From Planctomycetota bacterium (GTDB taxonomy: Bacteria > Planctomycetota > UBA8742 > UBA2392), in the NCBI GenBank assembly GCA_003576915.1, contig QEVF01000019.1:71153-135152 (forward strand): a stretch of 64,000 bases of DNA. Reading direction: 5' to 3'. A program made the translations under genes and the position numbers. Below, one piece after another: positions 20,882 through 28,164 of this stretch. The notes under the pieces are model-generated. The model did no database searches, had not been told where the DNA came from, and saw only the letters and a list, made by a program, of their open reading frames with translations. The first letter of the stretch is position 1; each line of letters starts with the position of its first letter.

Positions 20882-21688
20882 ATGAAGAAGTTGATGCTGC
20901 TTGCCGCGATGACCGCCTTCCCCGCCCTGCTCGGAACGGGCTGCGTATCGACCGGCCAGTATGACGCGATGGTCAAGCACAATGAGACGCTGAACTCCGA
21001 GAAGACGGCCCTGATGGCCGAGAACGAGCGCCTCGAGGACTCCGTCACCAAGCTGCGCGGCGAGAACGAGCGCCTGCGCAACGCTTTGGCTTCTGCTGAA
21101 GCCAAGCCGGCCGAGAAGGTCAACGAGGACGAGATCTACGCCAAGCTGCGCTCGATGTGGGAGAAGGAGTCCGGGGGCGACTTCGATGTCATTCGCCGCG
21201 GCGGCGCCATGGGCGTGCGGATTGACGACCGCAACGTCCTGTTCAAGAGCGGCTCCTGGGAGCTGACCGACAAGACCAAGGAGACCCTGACCAAGGTCGC
21301 GGCCCTGCTCGAGAAGAAGATGGACGCCATGACCTTTGTGCGCGTCGACGGGCACACGGACAGCGACCCTGTTCTCAAGGCCAAGGCCCAGGGCATCCTC
21401 GACAACATCCACCTCAGCACCATGCGCGCCATGGCCGTACGGACCTTCCTGATCAGCAAGGGACTTCCGGCCGACCGCGTGTACGTCTCGGGCTACGGCG
21501 AGCACTGGCCGATCTCGAGCAACACGACGAGCGTGGGCAAGAGCAAGAACCGTCGCGTCGAGATCTTCATCGGCACGGCCGACGGGCTGAGCATCGGCGA
21601 CACTCCCGCGGTCAGCAAGGAAGGGGGCAAGGGCAGCGAGCAGGCCTCCAAGACCGGCAAGGGCAAGGAAACCGTCAGCAAGAAGTAG
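20882..21688 (+). CDS. OmpA/MotB-family peptidoglycan-binding lipoprotein with an N-terminal coiled coil
   Basis: ATG at 20882 is preceded by AGGGAG. The lipobox is LLGTGC. The OmpA-like domain reads LFKSGSWELTDKTKETL...VDGHTDSDPV...LSTMRAMAVRTFLISKG...GYGEHWP...NRRVEIFI. Confidence 0.85.
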   Translation: MKKLMLLAAMTAFPALLGTGCVSTGQYDAMVKHNETLNSEKTALMAENERLEDSVTKLRGENERLRNALASAEAKPAEKVNEDEIYAKLRSMWEKESGGDFDVIRRGGAMGVRIDDRNVLFKSGSWELTDKTKETLTKVAALLEKKMDAMTFVRVDGHTDSDPVLKAKAQGILDNIHLSTMRAMAVRTFLISKGLPADRVYVSGYGEHWPISSNTTSVGKSKNRRVEIFIGTADGLSIGDTPAVSKEGGKGSEQASKTGKGKETVSKK

Positions 21689-21707
21689 CGCACCGTCATA
21701 ACGCGAG

Positions 21708-21739
21708 GCGCCCGGGGAAACCCGGGCGCTTTGCTTTGG
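21708..21739 (+). terminator. Rho-independent terminator downstream of the OmpA-family gene
   Basis: GCGCCCGGG (21708-21716), GAAA tetraloop, CCCGGGCGC (21721-21729), then TTTGCTTTGG. It lies 20 nt after the stop codon. Confidence 0.7.
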
Positions 21740-21769
21740 AGCTCCGGCAGGCCGTGTTTCAACGGCCTG

Positions 21770-22900
21770 TTAGCCCTTGAGCGTGCGCTCATACAGCGAC
21801 TCCCACAACGGGAGGATCTTCTCCAGCGCAAACCGGCTCACGGCGGCCTCACGGGCAGCCGCGCCGTAGGCCCGGCGCCGGTGGTCGTCGCACAGCAATT
21901 CGAGCATGGCGTCTGCGTGGACCTGGATGTCGCCCACGGGCACCAGAATGCCGGTCTGGCCGCTGGTGACGACTTCCGGCAGGCCCCCCGTGTGGCTGGC
22001 CACGACAGGCACGCCGCAGGCCATGGCCTCGAGCGCCGAGAGGCCGAAGCTTTCGTATTCGCTGGGCAGGTAGAACAGGTCGGCCTGGGGCATGAGTTCC
22101 CAGATGGCGTCATAGGTGCCGATGAAGGACACCTGTCGGCGCAAGCCCAGCTTTTCGACCAGCTCTTTGCAGGCCGTGAGTTCCGGACCATCGCCTACCA
22201 GGGCCAGGCGCGCGTTGACCTTGCCCGCGACCCTGGCAAAGGCCTGAATCATGTCCCGCGGTCGTTTGACTTCGCGGAAATTGCTGACGTGGAGGATGAT
22301 TTTCTCATCCGGACGGCCCAGTTGCCGCCGCTTGTCCGGGCAGCAGCCCGGCACAAAGCGCCTCACGTCGATGAAGTTCGGCAGCACCTCGACATGATCG
22401 GCGTCGCACTCCAGCAGGCCGAGGGTGCGGCTGCGAAGTTCATTGCTCACGCAGGTGACGCGGTCGCTGCGCGCGATGCCGAAGCTCGTGACCTTCTTGT
22501 AGACGCGCTGCTGGCCGATGATGGTGATGTCGGTGCCGTGGAGAGTCGTGACCAGCTTCATTTCCGGGTTTCCGTTGCGCAGCATTTCGCGCGCAAGAAT
22601 GCCGGAGATGGCATGGGGAATGGCGTAGTGGGCGTGCAGCAGGTCCAGGCCGTAGGCCTCTGCCACTTCCATGATGGTGCCGGCCATGGCCAGGTCGTAG
22701 GGCGGGTACTTGAACAGCGGATAGGCACTGACTTCCACTTCGTGGTAGGTGAGGTTGCTGCGGTAGCTCTGGAAGCGGAAGGGCAGGGCGTAGCTGATGA
22801 CATGGACGTTGTGGCCGCGCTCGGCCAGTGCCGCCCCCAGCTCGCTGGCAACAACGCCCGACCCGCCGTGGGTGGGGTAACAGAGAATGCCGATATTCAT
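21770..22900 (-). CDS. bshA: N-acetyl-alpha-D-glucosaminyl L-malate synthase BshA (GT4 glycosyltransferase, bacillithiol biosynthesis)
   Basis: ATG at 22900 within ORF 21770..22951. [30 protein letters not shown]...[12 protein letters not shown]...[14 protein letters not shown]...TTLHGTDIT...[10 protein letters not shown]...[29 protein letters not shown] is close to collinear with Bacillus BshA as I recall it. Confidence 0.85.
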   Translation of the reverse strand: MNIGILCYPTHGGSGVVASELGAALAERGHNVHVISYALPFRFQSYRSNLTYHEVEVSAYPLFKYPPYDLAMAGTIMEVAEAYGLDLLHAHYAIPHAISGILAREMLRNGNPEMKLVTTLHGTDITIIGQQRVYKKVTSFGIARSDRVTCVSNELRSRTLGLLECDADHVEVLPNFIDVRRFVPGCCPDKRRQLGRPDEKIILHVSNFREVKRPRDMIQAFARVAGKVNARLALVGDGPELTACKELVEKLGLRRQVSFIGTYDAIWELMPQADLFYLPSEYESFGLSALEAMACGVPVVASHTGGLPEVVTSGQTGILVPVGDIQVHADAMLELLCDDHRRRAYGAAAREAAVSRFALEKILPLWESLYERTLKG

Positions 22901-22973
22901 GCTCAGGTTGTAACGGAAGTGGGGGCCTGCAGCTTCCGTGCAAAACGGCAAAACGCGCCGAAAAACGCAAAGA

Positions 22974-23037
22974 GCCCAAGCGCGAGGAAAGGGCCGGAAA
23001 GGAGAGCGTAAAGCTACCCTCTCGAACGCGCTTGGGC
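22974..23037 (-). promoter_or_regulatory. Terminator-like or attenuator hairpin with a U-rich tail in the bshA leader
   Basis: On the minus strand, GCCCAAGCGCG (23037-23027) pairs with CGCGCTTGGGC (22984-22974), an 11-bp perfect stem. It encloses 42 nt with an inner GAGAG/CTCTC stem and a CU-rich tract. UCUUUGCGUUUUUCGG follows. Confidence 0.4.
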
Positions 23038-23149
23038 TGATGGCGGAATGTCCGCGAAGTTCAGGCCGGGCTCCATGTGCAGGATTTGTCGAGGAGCCGG
23101 GGAAAGGGGGTCACCCGACGTGCGCCAAACACCTGTCTTCAGCAAAGTT

Positions 23150-23177
23150 AGTATATCCTAATCTGGCGCCTTGTCAA
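23150..23177 (-). promoter_or_regulatory. Near-consensus sigma70-type promoter (TTGACA-N16-TATACT)
   Basis: The minus strand reads aaaTTGACAaggcgccagattaggaTATACTaac. The -35 is at 23177-23172 and the -10 at 23155-23150. It sits in a local AT-rich patch of the rimO-bshA intergenic region. Confidence 0.5.
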
Positions 23178-23334
23178 TTTAGACGCAAAGCAAAAACCGG
23201 ATTTGCCCGCTGGCCCTCTCCAAACCCGCTCTGTGACTGCCTTCCATGGCAGGCCCAAAACGTCGCAGCAGGAACCCGCCCTTTTCAACAGGTCGGCAGG
23301 GAATACCCTTCCCGGAAATGCGGATATCGGCGCC

Positions 23335-24690
23335 TCAGGCGCGCTCAACTTCCGCCAGCAGGTCAAACCCCAGCGAGCGCACGATTCGCGCCCTCAGCCA
23401 CTGGCCCGGCGCGAACTCGCCCTTGAGCCGCAGGGTGCAGTCGATTTCAGGGGCGTCCATGGCGCTGCGCCCCTCCGTGGGGTACTTGGGGTCCTGGCTG
23501 ACCCCCTCCGTGACGCACTCAACGGTCTGGCCCACGAGGCGCTCGTTGCGCGCAAACAGCGCCTGCTGCGCGACTTCCATGATCCGGCCGTGGCGACGCA
23601 TGATCTCCGCCTCCGGGAGCTTGCCGTCAAGCTCAAAGCTCTGGGCCTGGGGTTCATCGCTGTAGGGGAAAACTCCGGCCCGGTCCACGTAGCCCTGCCG
23701 CAGAAAACCGCACAGTTCCTCGAACTGCGCCTCCGTTTCTCCCGGGAACCCCACAATGAACGTGCTGCGCAGCGTCAGGCGCGGCACACGGGCGCGCAGT
23801 CGCTCCAGCAGGCGCAACGTGGTTTCGCCGGTCGTGCCCCGCTTCATGCGGGCCAGCACGGGGGTTGAAACGTGTTGCAGAGGCATGTCGATGTAGCCCA
23901 GAAGCTTGGGCTCGCGGGCCAGCAGATCGATCAGCTCGTCTGTGACCTGCGAGGGATAGGCATACATCAGACGCAGCCAGCGCAACTCGGGAATGCCGGC
24001 GACTTCGGCCAGCAGCTCATGCAGCGTCTTGCGGCCCTCGCTGTCCTGGCCGTAATAGGTGCTGTCCTGCGCGACGATGATCAGTTCGCGCGCGCCGTCG
24101 GCCACCAGTTCGCGCGCCTCCTGCAGGATCTGGTCGCGCGGCTTGCTGCGGAAGCGGCCGCGGATGGAGGGAATCACGCAAAAGCTGCAGGTGTGGTTGC
24201 AGCCCTCGGAAATGCGCAGGTAGGCGTAGTGGCGCGGCGTGAGGCGCAGGCGGCGGCGGTCGTCGTAGATAGTGCCCCGGGCGTCGGGGTCGGAGATGAC
24301 GGCTTTGCGCGCGAGTTCGCCGCTCTGGCGCAGTTCACGCAGCACGGAAGTCACCTGGGCGCGGTCGTTCACACTGACCAGGGCGTCAGCGTGGGGGACT
24401 TCGCGCTCCAGCAGGTCGCGGTAGTTTCCCACCATGCAGCCGGCCACGACAACACGCTTGACCTCGCCACGCTGTTTGAGCTCCAGCATGCGCCCGATGG
24501 TTTCAAGGGACTCCTGTCTTGACGCGTCAAGAAAGCCGCAGGTGTTGATGACGACCACATCGGCGCCGCGGTACTCGGGCGTGATGACGAAGCCCTCGGA
24601 GGCGAGGCCGCCCAGCATGGTTTCAGAGTCAATGAGGTTCTTGGGGCAGCCGAGGCTGACAAACGCGACGGTTCCGAGCGCGGTGTTCAT
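23335..24690 (-). CDS. rimO: Ribosomal protein S12 methylthiotransferase RimO
   Basis: ATG at 24690 within ORF 23335..25149. Motifs: VAFVSLGCPKNLIDSE, VVINTCGFLDASRQES, RHYAYLRISEGCNHTCSFCVIPSIRG, LRSTFIVGFPGETEAQFEEL, and the TRAM-like C-terminus SAMDAPEIDCTL. It is collinear with E. coli RimO. Confidence 0.9.
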   Translation of the reverse strand: MNTALGTVAFVSLGCPKNLIDSETMLGGLASEGFVITPEYRGADVVVINTCGFLDASRQESLETIGRMLELKQRGEVKRVVVAGCMVGNYRDLLEREVPHADALVSVNDRAQVTSVLRELRQSGELARKAVISDPDARGTIYDDRRRLRLTPRHYAYLRISEGCNHTCSFCVIPSIRGRFRSKPRDQILQEARELVADGARELIIVAQDSTYYGQDSEGRKTLHELLAEVAGIPELRWLRLMYAYPSQVTDELIDLLAREPKLLGYIDMPLQHVSTPVLARMKRGTTGETTLRLLERLRARVPRLTLRSTFIVGFPGETEAQFEELCGFLRQGYVDRAGVFPYSDEPQAQSFELDGKLPEAEIMRRHGRIMEVAQQALFARNERLVGQTVECVTEGVSQDPKYPTEGRSAMDAPEIDCTLRLKGEFAPGQWLRARIVRSLGFDLLAEVERA

Positions 24691-24789
24691 GATCCACAGA
24701 TAAACAAGGAAGCACACCGATGGGAATGGGGTGCAGCGCCCGGCGCGTGGGCGGTATGCAGGATTGTGAGTCCATGCTTTAACGGGGCC

Positions 24790-25395
24790 ATGGCGGTCCA
24801 CATCGGCATTGAGATGTCGCGTGACTTGCGGTTGGCAGCAGGCCGCCTCGTTCCGCCGGGCACCCTGGCTGCGGGCGGGGTGAACCTGCTTCGCCACGCG
24901 CTGGGGCTGGCCGCGCGCCTGACCGGGCCCGAGTCCATCAGCGTGCTGACCATCGAGCCGGACGAAACCGTTCTGGAACTCGTGGCGGAGGCCGGCTGCC
25001 GTGAGGCGGGCGCGATGCAGTGGGTGGCCACGCTGGCCGATCTGGCCAAGGCGGCCGGCCCGGGCGATGCCGCGCTCATCCTGCGCCAGACGGCGCCGAT
25101 GCGGGACGAGAGCGCGCTGAGATCTGCGCTGGAAATGCTGAAGGTGCACCGCTGTGTCACCGGTGTTTCAAGGCCGCCCGAGGGCTTCTGGGCGTCGCGC
25201 GCAAAGCCCGGAGTTCCGCAGCCCGAGCCCTATGTAGTGCGCTGCTTTGAGGCCTGGCGCCTGGCAGAGTTCGGCAAATACGGATTCTCGGGCCCGACGG
25301 CGGAGATGCCGCTGCTGGAGCTGGACTGGGACTCGTTTGTGGAGATTGACCGGCCCGAGGACTTCGAGCGCGCCGCCAGGCTGCTCAGGCGTTGA
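24790..25395 (+). CDS. Hypothetical protein, possibly a divergent nucleotidyl/cytidylyltransferase-fold protein
   Basis: ATG at 24790 within ORF 24766..25395. GC3 is high throughout. The layout loosely resembles GT-A/NTP-transferase proteins (MAVHIGIEMSR..., ...ILRQTAPMRDESALRSALEML..., ...EIDRPEDFERAARLL). Its 3' end overlaps convergent hisS by 11 nt. Confidence 0.45.
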   Translation: MAVHIGIEMSRDLRLAAGRLVPPGTLAAGGVNLLRHALGLAARLTGPESISVLTIEPDETVLELVAEAGCREAGAMQWVATLADLAKAAGPGDAALILRQTAPMRDESALRSALEMLKVHRCVTGVSRPPEGFWASRAKPGVPQPEPYVVRCFEAWRLAEFGKYGFSGPTAEMPLLELDWDSFVEIDRPEDFERAARLLRR

Positions 25396-27025
25396 ATTCG
25401 GGTTTGAGGCGGGCCACCACGAATTCGCACAGGGCCTCGCTGAGTTCGTCCTCGCGGATCTCGTACCAGTCAAAGGTCTTGACCCTGGAGGCCTGCGCGG
25501 GGCCCAGGCTGCGGCGGATGGCGTTGCGCAGGTCGCCGTACTTGGCCCAGCCCGCGAACTTGACCACCCGGGTTTCGTCCCGCAGCAGAAACAGTCCGCC
25601 GACCTCCGGCACGCGCTCAATCATTTCGGGCTTGAAGGCCCAGTCCCAGGTGCGGCCGGCTGCCGTGCCCGGATCGGGGTCTACAAAGCGAGACATGGCC
25701 GCCTGCGGCAGTTCACTGAGCTTGAGGCGCAACTGCTCGCCCGTGCCCATGACGCGAAGCTGGGCCTCGCCCGCGGCGATTTCCTCCGGACCGGAAATCA
25801 CCACAAGCGGAATGCCCTTGCGCTCGGCGTAGGCCAGCTGCTTCTTGAGTTTGGCGCCGACTTCCAGGTAGACCTCGGTGTTCACGCCGGCTCGACGCAG
25901 ATCGGTGGCGGACTTCAGGGCGTATTCCAGGCAGGTTTCGTCGAAGACCGTGACCAGCACTGAGGCGCTGGCCTTGCTCTTCATCAGCAGGCTCGCGCTT
26001 TCCAGGGCTGCCAGCAGGCGGTCAATTCCCACGGAGATGCCCACGGCGGGCTCGTCCTTGCCCGCGAACAGGCCTACCAGCCCGTCGTAGCGGCCGCCGG
26101 ACATCACGCTTCCGAAGGAGGGCGCATCGCCCAGCGTGGTCTCGAACACCGTTCCCGTGTAGTAGTCAAGGCCGCGCACAATCGTGGCGTCCACGAGCAG
26201 ATGCTTCTCGGGCACGCCCATGCGGCGCGCCTCCACCAGCACCTCACGCAACTCCGAACAACCCAACTGGCCGCTTGGCGCAGTGCTGCCCAGAAACTCG
26301 GACAGCCTGCCGATGCGCGCGTCATTTCCCCCGTCGAACCGGGCCAGGTCGAGGAAGGCGAGCACGGTGCTGCGGGCCGCCGCATCGACGCCCTGCAGCG
26401 CGGCAAGTTCCTTCTCGACGCCTTCGCGCCCGATCTTGTCGAACTTGTCCACGGCGCGCATGATCTCGGCCATCACGGAGTCCTGCGCGATGGCCAACTT
26501 CTCCTGCAGGCCGCGGAATAGCTTGCGGTTGTTGAAGCGTATCACGTGCGTCCTGACGCCCACGGCCTGCATCACCGCGTGATCGACGGCGAGGCACTCG
26601 GCATCGGCGAGCAGGGAATTGCTGCCCACGATGTCAACGTCGCACTGCCAGAACTCGCGGAAGCGCCCGCGCTCCATGCTGGGAGCCTCGGCGCGCCACA
26701 CGGGCCCCATCTGGTAGCGCTTGAAGGGCCGGGGCAGGTCAGTGCTGTACTGCGCCACGACGCGTGCGAGGCTCACGGTGAGTTCGTAGCGCAAGGCCAC
26801 GTCGCGGTCGCCGGAATCGCGGAAGCGGTAGAAAAGTTTCTCGGCTTCGGGCCCGAGCTTGCCCATGAGAATGTCGGCGTACTCGATGGCGGGCGTGTCC
26901 AGGGGTTCAAAGCCGAAGCGCTCGAACACGGCCGCGATTTTCCGCAGCATGCGCGTGCGGGGAATCATCACCTCGGGGAGGTAGTCGCGGAAACCCTTCA
27001 GTAATCGCGGCTCGATGCGCGGCAT
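25385..27025 (-). CDS. hisS: Histidine--tRNA ligase with a ~115-aa C-terminal GIY-YIG-like extension
   Basis: ATG at 27025 within ORF 25385..27130. Motifs: MPRIEPRLLKGFRDYLPEVM, ALRYELTVSLARV, FKRYQMGPVWRAE.P..GRFREFWQCDVDIVG, GLDYYTGTVFE, SGGRYDGL and an anticodon-binding domain. An extra tail follows (see findings). Confidence 0.9.
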   Translation of the reverse strand: MPRIEPRLLKGFRDYLPEVMIPRTRMLRKIAAVFERFGFEPLDTPAIEYADILMGKLGPEAEKLFYRFRDSGDRDVALRYELTVSLARVVAQYSTDLPRPFKRYQMGPVWRAEAPSMERGRFREFWQCDVDIVGSNSLLADAECLAVDHAVMQAVGVRTHVIRFNNRKLFRGLQEKLAIAQDSVMAEIMRAVDKFDKIGREGVEKELAALQGVDAAARSTVLAFLDLARFDGGNDARIGRLSEFLGSTAPSGQLGCSELREVLVEARRMGVPEKHLLVDATIVRGLDYYTGTVFETTLGDAPSFGSVMSGGRYDGLVGLFAGKDEPAVGISVGIDRLLAALESASLLMKSKASASVLVTVFDETCLEYALKSATDLRRAGVNTEVYLEVGAKLKKQLAYAERKGIPLVVISGPEEIAAGEAQLRVMGTGEQLRLKLSELPQAAMSRFVDPDPGTAAGRTWDWAFKPEMIERVPEVGGLFLLRDETRVVKFAGWAKYGDLRNAIRRSLGPAQASRVKTFDWYEIREDELSEALCEFVVARLKPEFNA

Positions 27026-27143
27026 GGCCAAGCAAGGGTAGGAAGCGGCGGGCGAGGTGCAAGGATGGTCCCTGAGACGGCGCAGCCATGGAGCGCCCGG
27101 GGGACGATGCCTCAAAGCGCAGAAGCTCACGCCCCGGGGGCTG

Positions 27144-27500
27144 CTACTTTGCCGCCTTGAGTGCCGTCAGCGCCGCGGGTTTGGTCTGGGCGAACGTGAA
27201 CACCTGCGAGAGACCCAGCATGTCGAAGACTTCCTTGACCGGCTCCGTGGGATTCATGAGTACGATGTTGCCGCCGCGTTCGTGGGCGGTGGCCAGGCTT
27301 CCGATGAAAACGCCGGCGCCTGCCGAGGAAATGTACTCGACCTGGCTCAGGTCGATGGCGATGCGCACTTTGCCTTCCGCAAAGAGGTTGTTGACGGTTT
27401 GCTCCATGTACTCAAAGGTGTGGGCGTCCAGCCAGCCCGCCACATGGATGAGCGTGACCTCGGGAGAAAGTTGTTCAAGGTTGATCTCGAACTCGCGCAT
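27144..27500 (-). CDS. STAS-domain anti-sigma-factor antagonist (RsbV/SpoIIAA-like)
   Basis: 118 aa. ...IDLSQVEYISSAGAGVFIGSL...NIVLMNPTEPVKEVFDMLGL is the STAS pattern, including the phosphorylatable Ser in DLS.V.YISSAG. Confidence 0.85.
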   Translation of the reverse strand: MREFEINLEQLSPEVTLIHVAGWLDAHTFEYMEQTVNNLFAEGKVRIAIDLSQVEYISSAGAGVFIGSLATAHERGGNIVLMNPTEPVKEVFDMLGLSQVFTFAQTKPAALTALKAAK

Positions 27501-27555
27501 GTATTTAACCCTGGATCTCTGAAACCGGTTCCCCAGCTGCCCGCACCGTGCCTGC

Positions 27556-28005
27556 TCAGGCCGGCGCCTTGATGTACTTGACGAGGGTCAGCACGTTCTG
27601 CTGGCCTTCGCGCGAACTGTACTGCACTTCATCCATGACCTTGCGCATGATGAACAGCCCCAGGCCACGCTTGGAGCCTGCGCTGATATGAGACTTCAGG
27701 TCGAGGTCGGCGTTGGCGTTGGCGCCCCTGGCCGTGTCGTAGCTGATGCCTGAATCAAGGATGCGGATGGTGAAGCGGGAACTGTCCGCCTCGATCTGCA
27801 CCTCGACCTTGCCGTCATCGCGCCCGACGTAGCCGTGCTGGATGATATTGGCCACCGCCTCATCCACGGCCAGCACCACCTTGTTCACGTCGCCGGCGGG
27901 CAGCGACGAGCGTTTGATGGCCCCATGCAGGAACTCGCGGACCTTGGCCAGGTTCGCGGTCTTGGCATCGACCTCGATGCGATCTGATACGTGCGCTTGA
28001 GACAT
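27556..28005 (-). CDS. Anti-sigma regulatory factor, serine protein kinase (RsbW/SpoIIAB-like, HATPase_c_2)
   Basis: ATG at 28005 within ORF 27556..28116. Motifs: LAVDEAVANIIQHGY (N-box), IRILDSGISYD, and GLGLFIMRKVMDEV (G-box). Confidence 0.8.
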   Translation of the reverse strand: MSQAHVSDRIEVDAKTANLAKVREFLHGAIKRSSLPAGDVNKVVLAVDEAVANIIQHGYVGRDDGKVEVQIEADSSRFTIRILDSGISYDTARGANANADLDLKSHISAGSKRGLGLFIMRKVMDEVQYSSREGQQNVLTLVKYIKAPA

Positions 28006-28164
28006 TCCGTCACTCCAGTGCACAGCCCGGTTGCGTTTTCGTTTGCCTGGTTTGCCTGCCGGATTTCCGGTTTGGCCGTGGCATCGTGCCTTGCCATGAA
28101 ATCCGGCCGCATCCACGCGACACGACGCCCGACCTCACCCGTTACCGTCGTTCGCCTGCCAAAT

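Noticed and set aside
22985-23026. The plus-strand purine tract GAGGAAAGGGCCGGAAAGGAGAGCG, which superficially resembles SRP RNA domain IV (GGUCCGGAAGGAAGCAGC) or a CsrA-binding GGA-repeat sRNA.
   Set aside because: The flanking bases cannot form the SRP helix 8 stem around a GGAA tetraloop. There are only about three GGA motifs. The promoter and the U-tract both lie on the opposite strand. I therefore interpret it as the complement of a CU-rich segment of a minus-strand leader.
23100-23200. An AT-rich patch that could mark a horizontally acquired insertion or an IS remnant.
   Set aside because: It is only ~100 bp, has no terminal inverted repeats, target duplication or transposase remnant, and coincides with a -35/-10 promoter pair. 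Promoter or UP-element composition explains it.
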